A stretch of DNA of 64,000 nt from Kiritimatiellia bacterium (GTDB taxonomy: Bacteria > Verrucomicrobiota > Kiritimatiellia > JAFGHX01), in contig JAFGHX010000010.1 in the NCBI GenBank assembly GCA_016929905.1, forward strand, positions 5,835-69,834, written 5' to 3'. Positions 25,523-33,548 of the stretch are shown here, piece after piece. Numbering within the stretch: the first letter of the stretch is position 1; every line of letters begins with the position of its first letter. A model generated the notes under the pieces. It saw only the letters and a program-made list of their open reading frames with translations, did not search any database and had not been told where the DNA came from. The position numbers and the translations under genes were made by a program.

Positions 25523-25926
25523 CAGGGAAACACCTTCACCTTCGTCTGGCTCGGCGCGATCTGGGTGCCCGCCGGCATGTTCGGATTGCTGCCGTTATGC
25601 CCAATCATCGAGGTGAGCCGGGCGACCTCCTTGCCCTCCGCCTTGACTTTCGAACAGCCCATCTTGTACTTACACGGCCCCTTGAACCGCCCCGATATCG
25701 TCCCGCCGGGCGAATTCCCGGCTTCGTCCCCCTGCGACATCCGGATCTCGTCCCCCTTGCGCAGGACTTCTTTGCCGTTGAACTTCACCTTGCCCGAACC
25801 CGAGCCCTGGTTGCACATGGCGGTGTTCGGGTACGGTGTTGGAATCGGCGACGGCGCTGCCGGCGTCATGCACACGTCCGGCACCCCCAGACAGTTGCCG
25901 CCGCCCTTTGTCGATGCTGGAAACAT
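25522..25926 (-). CDS. DUF4150-type PAAR-like spike-tip protein without toxin extension
   Basis: ATG 25926 gives MFPASTKGGGNCLGVPDVCMTPAAPSPIPTPYPNTA..., the characteristic DUF4150 N-terminus; total 134 aa. The longer track ORF (to 26061) is just a translation of the heptamer array. Confidence 0.85.
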   Translation of the reverse strand: MFPASTKGGGNCLGVPDVCMTPAAPSPIPTPYPNTAMCNQGSGSGKVKFNGKEVLRKGDEIRMSQGDEAGNSPGGTISGRFKGPCKYKMGCSKVKAEGKEVARLTSMIGHNGSNPNMPAGTQIAPSQTKVKVFP

Positions 25927-25948
25927 TTTCAGCCCCCCCCCTGCCCAT

Positions 25949-26073
25949 GGTTGATGGTCAATGGTCAATGGTCGATGGTCGATGGTCGATGGTTCATGGT
26001 TGGGGCCACTCCAGAAAGCGGCTCGCGAGGACGCTCGCCCTCCATCCGTCCATCCGTCCATCCTTCCATTCTA
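25949..26073. repeat. Heptamer array (GGTNNAT)x8 at 25949-26004 and octamer array (CCATCCGT/CCATCCTT/CCATTCTA)x4 at 26042-26073
   Basis: ggttgat ggtcaat ggtcaat ggtcgat ggtcgat ggtcgat ggttcat ggttggg ... ccatccgt ccatccgt ccatcctt ccattcta. The arms are partly complementary (ATGG/CCAT). Confidence 0.9.
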
Positions 26074-26973
26074 CCCAAGATTGATACTCTTGCCGTCGAT
26101 CTTCACGTCCTTCTCCGCCTTGATCACGGCGCGCCGGCTCTTGAGCCGGAATGTGGACTGCACGATCGTCTTCATCCGGCCGCATTGGACCTGACTCAGT
26201 TCCGTGACGCGCCGGAACACATTCTTCGCCGTTTCGACGATATCGTTGGCGCACGACTCGATCTGGTCGGCGATCACGCGCGAACGCTTCACTCGCATCT
26301 CGACCTTCTCGCCCGCATACGCGGCGTCCTGAATCTTCATGCTCCCGGTCCGCGCGGCCACGTCGAGATTCTGGGCGTGCAGATCCATGCGGTGCGAACC
26401 GAGCCCAAGCGAGGTCCGCAACTCGCGCAGGACGTTCTGCACGGTCAACCGGATGCCTCGCGCCGCATGGACCCGGACCTCTCCGCCGCTCTCGAATACC
26501 ATATCGCCTTCCGTGACGAGCTTCATAGCGCCCTGCTTCCCGGCGATCCGCACATCGCCGGCCGGCGCGTCGACCTCAATCCGGCCCGCACGCACGTCGT
26601 AGGAAAACAGCAGGTCGCCGCTCTCGGCGCACACGTGCAGCTCCTCGCCCGCCGCGCCGGCCCTGACCGCGCGAACCCCGCCCTCGAACTCGATCGCATC
26701 GCTCACGCCGCCGCGCTTCTGCGACTCGTCCAGCAGCCCGATCACGTAGAATTCGGCATCCTTGCCGCCAATGGCCAACACCATGGAACCGGCCCGCAGG
26801 CTGGGAGCGCCGGGAATCGCTACTTGCGCCCACACATCGCCTTGGCGATTCCACGCCACGGGCCGAATGCGGAGCAATCGGCCCTGATCATAGAAGCCAA
26901 GCACCTCCGCCGGGCCCAGGTACGTGTCACAGGAAATCGCGATATCGTTTCCCGTCCAATCTTGCATGGTCAT
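26071..26973 (-). CDS. DUF3540-like protein of the VgrG-associated spike module
   Basis: 300 aa; strong RBS AGGAGG upstream of the ATG. Beta-rich repetitive middle. Assigned mainly from its position between the pentapeptide-repeat and DUF4150 genes, which matches the known DUF2169/PPR/DUF3540/DUF4150 co-occurrence. Confidence 0.6.
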   Translation of the reverse strand: MTMQDWTGNDIAISCDTYLGPAEVLGFYDQGRLLRIRPVAWNRQGDVWAQVAIPGAPSLRAGSMVLAIGGKDAEFYVIGLLDESQKRGGVSDAIEFEGGVRAVRAGAAGEELHVCAESGDLLFSYDVRAGRIEVDAPAGDVRIAGKQGAMKLVTEGDMVFESGGEVRVHAARGIRLTVQNVLRELRTSLGLGSHRMDLHAQNLDVAARTGSMKIQDAAYAGEKVEMRVKRSRVIADQIESCANDIVETAKNVFRRVTELSQVQCGRMKTIVQSTFRLKSRRAVIKAEKDVKIDGKSINLG

Positions 26974-27010
26974 GTCCTCCTTACATCACTCGTCGCCCAA
27001 AAAGGAACCA

Positions 27011-27141
27011 CGAATGAACGCCAATAGACGCGAATGGAGCGGAGAGCATTATGCATGGCACACTTCCGCCATTTCCCAGCCGGCATCTCTTCTTTTCCCC
27101 ATATTCGCATTCATTATTCGCGTGCATTCGCGTTCATTCGC
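27011..27141. repeat. Inverted arms built from CGAATG-type words
   Basis: Left arm cgaatgaacgccaatagacgcgaatgg (27011-27037). Right arm attcgcattcattattcgcgtgcattcgcgttcattcgcg (27103-27141) is its approximate reverse complement and overlaps the last codons of the upstream gene. Confidence 0.75.
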
Positions 27142-28939
27142 GGTGCGGCTTCCAGTCTTCCGCCTCGGCCAAATCTTCCTCTGTATTCCGGATCTTCTTC
27201 CGGTTCGCGCCGGTCCACACGACGTTCCGGTCGTCCACCCGGTGCCACAGCGCCACCTCCAGGTTCGCGTCCGAGAAATCCGCACCGGCAACCGAGGCGC
27301 GTGAGAAGTTGGCATACGGCAACTCGGCCTGTGTGAACCGCGCGCCATCGCAGGTCGCCTCCACGAACCAGCCGCTGTCCAAACGCGTACCGGCGAAATC
27401 CGCCTTCTTCAATGAGCTCTTCTCGAAACAAGCCGTCCGCAGATCGGCGCCCTGGAAGTCGGCCTGGTCGGCCACGATCTCGGTGAAATCCGCGGCCTTC
27501 GCGCTCAGGCGCCGCAAGCGCGCGCCGCGCAGATCGGCCTTCACGAATTCCGCCTGCCGGCAATTCACGCCGTCCAGCACCGCCTCCCGCAGGTCCGCTT
27601 CGCCCAGATCGCAATCCTCGAAACCGCACGTGGCCAAATCCATGCCCTTGAACACCGATTTCTTGAGGCTACACAAGCTGAACGCGGCATCGGCCAACTG
27701 TGCACTGGTGAAATCAACGTCCTCGAAATCCGTGCTCTCACACCGCGCCCCGCGCAAGTCGATTCCCTCCAGTTTAGCGCCGTCAAACGCACTGCCGTCG
27801 ATGCGGGCCCGTGCCAACACAGCCTGCGACAGGTCCGCACCTGAGAATGTCGTGTTCTCCAGCACGGCGCCGGAAAGATCCGCGCCTGCCAGACAGGATT
27901 CCGAGAGGTCGGCATCGGTCAAGTTCGACTGGCGCAGGGCCGCTTCTCTGAGCTCGGCGCCGCTGAAGTCTGTCCCCGTCAGGTCCAGATCGTTCAGCGG
28001 TGTGCCGGCGAAGTTGCATTTCTGAAACAAGACACCCCGAACGACGGCACCCGAGAACTTCGCCTTCCTCAGATCCGACTCCTTGAACGTGGCTCCCGTG
28101 AGATCCTTCTCGGCCAGGTTCGCGCCGGCCATTTGGCATCTGACGAACTTGCACTGCGGCAGCGTCGCCGGCAGCTTCACCGTGGCGGCGAAATCGATGT
28201 TGATGAACTCGACCTTGTCGAACTCGGCCGCCCCGAAATCGACGTCGCTGAGGGCCACGCCGCTGATCTCAACGGCGTCCAGGCGGGCGCTGTCGAATCC
28301 GCAAGCAAACGCCTTGCCGTTGTCGAACGACACGTGCTCGCAGACAGTTCTTCCGAAGTCGCAGTCCGTGAAAGTACAATCGATCAACCGCGTCCAACTC
28401 ACGGTCGCGCCGGTGAACGAGACGCCATCGAAGCACACTTGATGACAAATCATGTCGGTCAGCGCCGCGCCCGAGAAGTCCGCGCCGCGAAACGTGGTCG
28501 GCCGCTTCACGAACCCCCGAACCCCAACGTTCTGCAGTTGTTGGACAACCGCGGGATCCAGTTCCAGATCCGCCAAACTCACCTCGAATGGCGTGTCGCC
28601 AAAGCAAGGTACGTTGTCGCCCGCCATGACGGCATCCGAAAGATTCGCGCCTCCCAAACGCGTGTCGGTCGCATTGACCCCCACAAAGGACGCGTGCGTC
28701 AGGTCAGCCCCTTCAAGGGTTGCGCCCGTGAGGTCCACATTGTTGAATTTCGCGAATCGCAAGTCGGCCTTGCGCAGGTCGGCCCCGCGCAGGTTCACAT
28801 TGGCAAAACTCACGCCCATATAGCGTGCACCCGCGAGGCTGGCGCCGCTCAGGTCCCGGTCCGTAAACGTGAAGCCGCCTTGCCCCTCCCGCGACCTCAC
28901 CGCCTGGCTGTACTCTTCACCCAAGTTCTGTTCAGGCAT
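27134..28939 (-). CDS. Pentapeptide-repeat protein (601 aa)
   Basis: Almost the whole sequence follows A(D/N)LxG/F pentads (ADLRKADLRFAKFNNVDLTGATLEGADLTHASF...). The start overlaps the upstream gene stop by 8 nt. Confidence 0.9.
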   Translation of the reverse strand: MPEQNLGEEYSQAVRSREGQGGFTFTDRDLSGASLAGARYMGVSFANVNLRGADLRKADLRFAKFNNVDLTGATLEGADLTHASFVGVNATDTRLGGANLSDAVMAGDNVPCFGDTPFEVSLADLELDPAVVQQLQNVGVRGFVKRPTTFRGADFSGAALTDMICHQVCFDGVSFTGATVSWTRLIDCTFTDCDFGRTVCEHVSFDNGKAFACGFDSARLDAVEISGVALSDVDFGAAEFDKVEFINIDFAATVKLPATLPQCKFVRCQMAGANLAEKDLTGATFKESDLRKAKFSGAVVRGVLFQKCNFAGTPLNDLDLTGTDFSGAELREAALRQSNLTDADLSESCLAGADLSGAVLENTTFSGADLSQAVLARARIDGSAFDGAKLEGIDLRGARCESTDFEDVDFTSAQLADAAFSLCSLKKSVFKGMDLATCGFEDCDLGEADLREAVLDGVNCRQAEFVKADLRGARLRRLSAKAADFTEIVADQADFQGADLRTACFEKSSLKKADFAGTRLDSGWFVEATCDGARFTQAELPYANFSRASVAGADFSDANLEVALWHRVDDRNVVWTGANRKKIRNTEEDLAEAEDWKPHRE

Positions 28940-31166
28940 GTTCCCAATCCTGCCGCTTGGCCAGTTTCGTCATCTTCAAATTGGAGAACTCCAGATTCGC
29001 GCCCTCAAACACGGCATCCATCAGTTCGGCTTCGAAAAGGTTCGCGCCCCGCAGATCCGCGCCGCTCAGATCCGCCTTTTCCAGGCTGCCCTGGAACAGG
29101 TTCGCCATCTTCATCTGCGCGTCCTTTAAATTGCATTTGGCCAGCGTGCCGAACTTCATGTTGGCGGCATTGAGAATGGCGCCCTCGAGATTCGCGCCGG
29201 AGAACTCGACGCCCTCGAGATCCGCGCCGGAAAAATCGGCGCCGGTAAGCCGGGCGTCTTCCCAAATCGACCCCTTCGCCTGCACCCGGACGAAGACACC
29301 GCCCGGCAGCGCGCATCCATCCGACGCGCGAAGATCCGTCAAAACCGCATCGCTCATGTCCACCGCATCGCCCTTCGCGCCCGTGACGGACGCCTCGGTC
29401 AGGTTCGCCCCCGCGAAGCTGGCGCCGTCAAGCGTCGACTCCGACAGTGCCGCCTCCTGCAACGCACACCCTTTCAGGCTGGCCTGGACGAGATTCACTC
29501 CGCTGAAATCGGCGCCCTGTGCCGTGCACCCATCCAAGACCGCCTTCCCCAGAGACGCCCCCTCAAACACCGCCTGGTCCAGACACGCCTCCCGTAGATC
29601 GGCCGATGTCAGGGCCGCACCGGTAAAGTCGCACTCCCGTAGATTGGCCTTCGTCAGATTGGCGCCTGCCAGGTTGGCGCCCGACAGATCGGCGCCCGCC
29701 AGGTCGGCGCCCGCCAGGTCGCTATTCGTGAAGTTCGCTCCCTGCAGACGCGCCCCTGCGAAAAGGGCCTTCTTGAAATCCTGTTCGGAGAGATCCAGCC
29801 CGCGCAGGTCCAGACCGGCCAGCCCCTCCTCCGTTCTCACTCTCTCGAGCGCCTGCTCACGCGTCAGCCTGCCGTCGCCCGGATCCACCCCCAAATCCGC
29901 CAGGACCCGAGCGGTGCGTTCGTCTGAGTCTCGTTTCGCCTCCGCGATGGCCGCGTCGGGATCGTGCCCCGCGGCCACCAGCGCTTCACGCACCTGCGCC
30001 TCGGCCTTCGCGATCTCGGCCTCCACGTCCACGTCGGGAGGCTCATCACCGGGTGGAGCCTCCGGCACGACCCGTTCCTCTTCCTCCTCCTCGACCAGCA
30101 ACTGCGGCAGACGTTCCTGATAGCGGGCCGCGGCCTGGGGCGGATCGTCAAGCCTCTCACTCACCACCAGGAAGTTCCGAAACTCCTTCAACTCCTCGGA
30201 ATGCACGTCGACCACGCCCCGCCAAACCAGGACGAGGTTCAGAGCCTCCGTGTCCACCCAAAGCGTATCCAGGTTCATGTTCAGTTCATGGAACAGATCC
30301 GCCCCATTCGGCAGGGGCTCGGCGAGGTCGAGGAAACAACGCACGCGCAGCCCGGGCAGCTTGGTGCGGAACTCCGGTTGTCCCGGGTGCAGGTGTTCGA
30401 GATACAGTTCCTCGTCCCCTTTGAGATAGCCCTCCACCTGCATGTCCGGGGGCGCCGCATTGAAAAAGCCCCAGTCGAGATCCTCCGCGAAACAGGGCCA
30501 TCGCTCCTCCGTCCACTTCCCTCTGTAGGTGCCGATCTTGGCCCAGCGCTGCGCCCACCTCATGTACAACGGGCCGTACCCAGCCGGCGCCGGCCGATCG
30601 CCCGGGGAGCTCACCAATGCACGAGGATCCTCGATATTCGGAAGCAGCTGCAGCTTCTGCCCCGACTCCGTCTCGACCTTTGCAATCCCTTTGCCGATCG
30701 GGTTCAGATCGGACCCCGGGCCGCCCAGACTGTTCTCGTAACGCAGGGGCATATCGGCAAAACGCTCAGGATCCGAGCTGCCGGACCCCAGGAGCCCCGT
30801 CTTCCAATGCCGGTCGCCGAATATCGCCAGCGCCTTGGATCTCGCGCCGACTCCGAAGGTCACCCTGTGGTACGGCACCGGGTTGCCGCCCGGCGCGTGC
30901 GCCTTGCCCACAAGCAACAGGTCGGCGCGCGGCTTGAACAGCGCAAAATCGGACGCGTACCGCACAGACTGCGGCGGGTCTTCGTCGATATCGTCGTACG
31001 GCTCGTCGCCCGTCGGCGAGGGTTGGTCTTCCTCGGCCACGGCTATGACCTTGCCCGGAGCCAGCTCAAACGTGCCCTTGACCAGGAAGGTCATTCGCCA
31101 TCGTTTCGGCTCGAACAGCCACGGCCACATGGCGACCGGAAAAGGTGTCTCGTTCAGCATGTTCAT
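28932..31166 (-). CDS. DUF2169 adaptor-like domain fused to a C-terminal pentapeptide-repeat domain (744 aa)
   Basis: N-terminus MNMLNETPFPVAMWPW...FLVKGTFEL...YASDFALFKPRADLLLVGKAHAP...IFGDRHW matches the DUF2169 pattern. The C-terminal about 320 aa are pentapeptide repeats. Immediately downstream of vgrG. Confidence 0.85.
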   Translation of the reverse strand: MNMLNETPFPVAMWPWLFEPKRWRMTFLVKGTFELAPGKVIAVAEEDQPSPTGDEPYDDIDEDPPQSVRYASDFALFKPRADLLLVGKAHAPGGNPVPYHRVTFGVGARSKALAIFGDRHWKTGLLGSGSSDPERFADMPLRYENSLGGPGSDLNPIGKGIAKVETESGQKLQLLPNIEDPRALVSSPGDRPAPAGYGPLYMRWAQRWAKIGTYRGKWTEERWPCFAEDLDWGFFNAAPPDMQVEGYLKGDEELYLEHLHPGQPEFRTKLPGLRVRCFLDLAEPLPNGADLFHELNMNLDTLWVDTEALNLVLVWRGVVDVHSEELKEFRNFLVVSERLDDPPQAAARYQERLPQLLVEEEEEERVVPEAPPGDEPPDVDVEAEIAKAEAQVREALVAAGHDPDAAIAEAKRDSDERTARVLADLGVDPGDGRLTREQALERVRTEEGLAGLDLRGLDLSEQDFKKALFAGARLQGANFTNSDLAGADLAGADLSGANLAGANLTKANLRECDFTGAALTSADLREACLDQAVFEGASLGKAVLDGCTAQGADFSGVNLVQASLKGCALQEAALSESTLDGASFAGANLTEASVTGAKGDAVDMSDAVLTDLRASDGCALPGGVFVRVQAKGSIWEDARLTGADFSGADLEGVEFSGANLEGAILNAANMKFGTLAKCNLKDAQMKMANLFQGSLEKADLSGADLRGANLFEAELMDAVFEGANLEFSNLKMTKLAKRQDWEHA

Positions 31167-31217
31167 GGCGTACTGTTCACTCGCATCCTCATGTCTCGTC
31201 GCCTCGCGCCGAAAGAA

Positions 31218-33374
31218 TCAGGTTATCTTGGCGTCGTTCTTGTCTGTGAGATTGCCGGTTATCTTGACGTCGCCGTCCAACTTGATCTTGCCGGCCTTGA
31301 TCTTGATGCTGCCCGAGCCGATGCTGATCATCGTGCCGCTCACGTCCAACGTGATGCCGCTGCCACCGTCCAGCGTGATTTCCGGCGCCTTGGTCGTGTG
31401 GACCGACTTGGCTTCCGATGTCACCATCGGCGCTTCCAGCAGCACCTTCGCCTTCGACTTCTCGCACACCAGCCCGGCGGTCGCGCTGGTCTTGATCCCG
31501 CCCACGATCTCGTTGAACAGGCCCAGCTTCGTCTCCTGCTTCACGCCCATGAACGTTTCCTGCGTCGCCGACACCACCCCTTTCGCCTCCGTCCCGAAGT
31601 TCCAGTAGTCCTTCGTGTTGACCTTGACGTCCTGCTTCCCCGTGATCGTGATCTCCTGGTTCCCACCCACCTCCTGCTTGTCGTTCGCGCCCACCTTCGA
31701 CTCGTGGTTGGTGCCGATCTCCTCCTTGAAGTAGCCGGAAATCTTCTCGTCGATGTTGCCGCCGATCGTCACGTCCACGTTGCCGTCAATCGTCTCCGTG
31801 CGGTTCGACCCCACGTGGTTCACCTGGTTGCCGTCGGTCGTCAGGTGCGCGTGGCCCTGGTTCGGCGTGCCCATCGTGAACTTCGTGTTGGCCACCGGCG
31901 AGAACATCCGGATCTGTTGGCTGCCGTCGGCGCCCTCCATGATCATCTCGTTGCCGCCGTGATCCCGGATCACGCTCTTCGTCTTGCCGCCCGGTAAGCC
32001 GACCGGCGGCATGTTCTGGTCGTTGTACACCCGGCCCGTGATGAGCGGCCGATTCGGATCGCCTTCCAGAAACGACACCACCACTTCCTGGCCGACGTGC
32101 GGGATGAACATGCCGCCCCAGTTCGCGCCGCCCCAGTTCTGCGAGACACGCACGTAACACGACTGCTTCCGGTCGCGATCCCAGTGGAACGTCACCTTCA
32201 CCCGCCCGTACTCGTCGACGTCGATCGCCTCGTTGCCCGCCACGATCGCAGTCTGCGGACCCTGCACCACCGGCGTGGGCGTCGCGCGCGGCGGCCGGAA
32301 CTGCTTGCTCGCGTCCACCCCCGTGAACCGGCAACTGAACACGGCGCCCGCCCCGCCGCCCGCCCCCGACTCGTAGGCCGGGTTCGCCGCCTGGTACCCC
32401 GCCGACGTCACCAGATACTCGCGGTTCTGGTCCTCGCGCGGATACTCGGTCAACGCAAACTTGTAGCCGGGGCAGACACCGCGCGCGTCGGTCGAACCTT
32501 CGGCGATCTCGTGCATCGCTTCCAGTTCCTCGTTCCGAACCCGCGCAATCTGATCGCCGTCCCCGCTCTCCAGGAAGATCCCCGGATAGTCGTAAACCTC
32601 ATATTCGCCCTTCGCGTGCGCGTGCGAAACGCGCGCCTGGTTCTGGAGCGGCGTGCGCGATTTCGTGAAATCGTAATCCGCATGCACGTAAACGCCCGGC
32701 TGCACGTCGTGCCGTATCGTCCAGTCGTACACGTGCTCCTCCTGGACAGACGCCTCGCCCTCCGGACGAAATACGATCTCCGCGTAGTTCGCGAACGCGT
32801 CGTGCCGATCCGGCGAATCGCACAGCACCAGCGTGTGCTTCCCGTCCTCGTGCTTGAAGTAGTAGTAGATCCCCTCATGCTCCATCAGCCGGCTGACGAA
32901 GTTGAAGTCGCTTTCCCGGTACTGCACGCAATAGTGCCACGGCTTGTAGGAACCGGCGTCGACCCGCTCCTCGATGTCCGAAAAACCGTGCTGGTTGAAG
33001 ACGTCCTTGATGATGTCCAACACCGTCACGTCCTGGAAGATGCGGCAATTCGTGGTGCGCGACAGCATCCACAGCCACGGCACCATCGTCGCCCGGTACT
33101 GCGCGTAGCCGCCCGTCGGCACCGTCTGCACGAAACGGCTGATGTACCCGTTGAAGTGGCGCGTGCCGTCCGGCAGCGTCAACCGCACCGTCACGTTCTG
33201 TCCCACAATGTCGTCGAAGTTGATCTCATGATCCGAACTGAGCAGGTCCAAGTCGAACTCGAACAACTGGCCGATCGCCTCCCGGCCGTAAAAATTCTGC
33301 AGCAGCAGGACGTCGTCGCCCAGCGGCGTCGTGATCGCCAGAATCCGTTCCGTTTGTGTGGGTTCCGGAGGCAT
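31218..33374 (-). CDS. vgrG: T6SS spike protein VgrG (TssI)
   Basis: ILAITTPLGDDVLLLQNFYGREAIGQLFEFDLDLLS N-terminus, gp27/gp5-like core, C-terminal beta-helix repeats. ATG 33374 has an AAAGGAGA RBS; the track ORF starts at TTG 33410. Confidence 0.95.
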   Translation of the reverse strand: MPPEPTQTERILAITTPLGDDVLLLQNFYGREAIGQLFEFDLDLLSSDHEINFDDIVGQNVTVRLTLPDGTRHFNGYISRFVQTVPTGGYAQYRATMVPWLWMLSRTTNCRIFQDVTVLDIIKDVFNQHGFSDIEERVDAGSYKPWHYCVQYRESDFNFVSRLMEHEGIYYYFKHEDGKHTLVLCDSPDRHDAFANYAEIVFRPEGEASVQEEHVYDWTIRHDVQPGVYVHADYDFTKSRTPLQNQARVSHAHAKGEYEVYDYPGIFLESGDGDQIARVRNEELEAMHEIAEGSTDARGVCPGYKFALTEYPREDQNREYLVTSAGYQAANPAYESGAGGGAGAVFSCRFTGVDASKQFRPPRATPTPVVQGPQTAIVAGNEAIDVDEYGRVKVTFHWDRDRKQSCYVRVSQNWGGANWGGMFIPHVGQEVVVSFLEGDPNRPLITGRVYNDQNMPPVGLPGGKTKSVIRDHGGNEMIMEGADGSQQIRMFSPVANTKFTMGTPNQGHAHLTTDGNQVNHVGSNRTETIDGNVDVTIGGNIDEKISGYFKEEIGTNHESKVGANDKQEVGGNQEITITGKQDVKVNTKDYWNFGTEAKGVVSATQETFMGVKQETKLGLFNEIVGGIKTSATAGLVCEKSKAKVLLEAPMVTSEAKSVHTTKAPEITLDGGSGITLDVSGTMISIGSGSIKIKAGKIKLDGDVKITGNLTDKNDAKIT

Positions 33375-33397
33375 AGCGAGTCTCCTTTCAGGAGGGA

Positions 33398-33547
33398 GTC
33401 GAAGGTCCAAGGGTCAAGGTCCAAGGTCGACACCACTTGAGATCGCGACCTTTGCCCTTCGACCTTCCGACTTTCGACCTTCGACTCTCTGACCTTCGAC
33501 TTTAGACTTTCCGACCTTCGACTCTGCGCCCGGCTGAAGCCGGGCGC
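33398..33547. repeat. Inverted word arrays (AAGGTC/GACCTT) plus a 9-bp GC hairpin in the clpV/vgrG spacer
   Basis: Left arm gtcgaaggtccaagggtcaaggtccaaggtcgac (33398-33431). Right arm with about 10 GACCTTC/GACTTTC units (33447-33525), reverse-complementary in word content. Hairpin gcgcccggc-tgaa-gccgggcgc at 33526-33547. Confidence 0.85.
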
Positions 33548-33548
33548 T

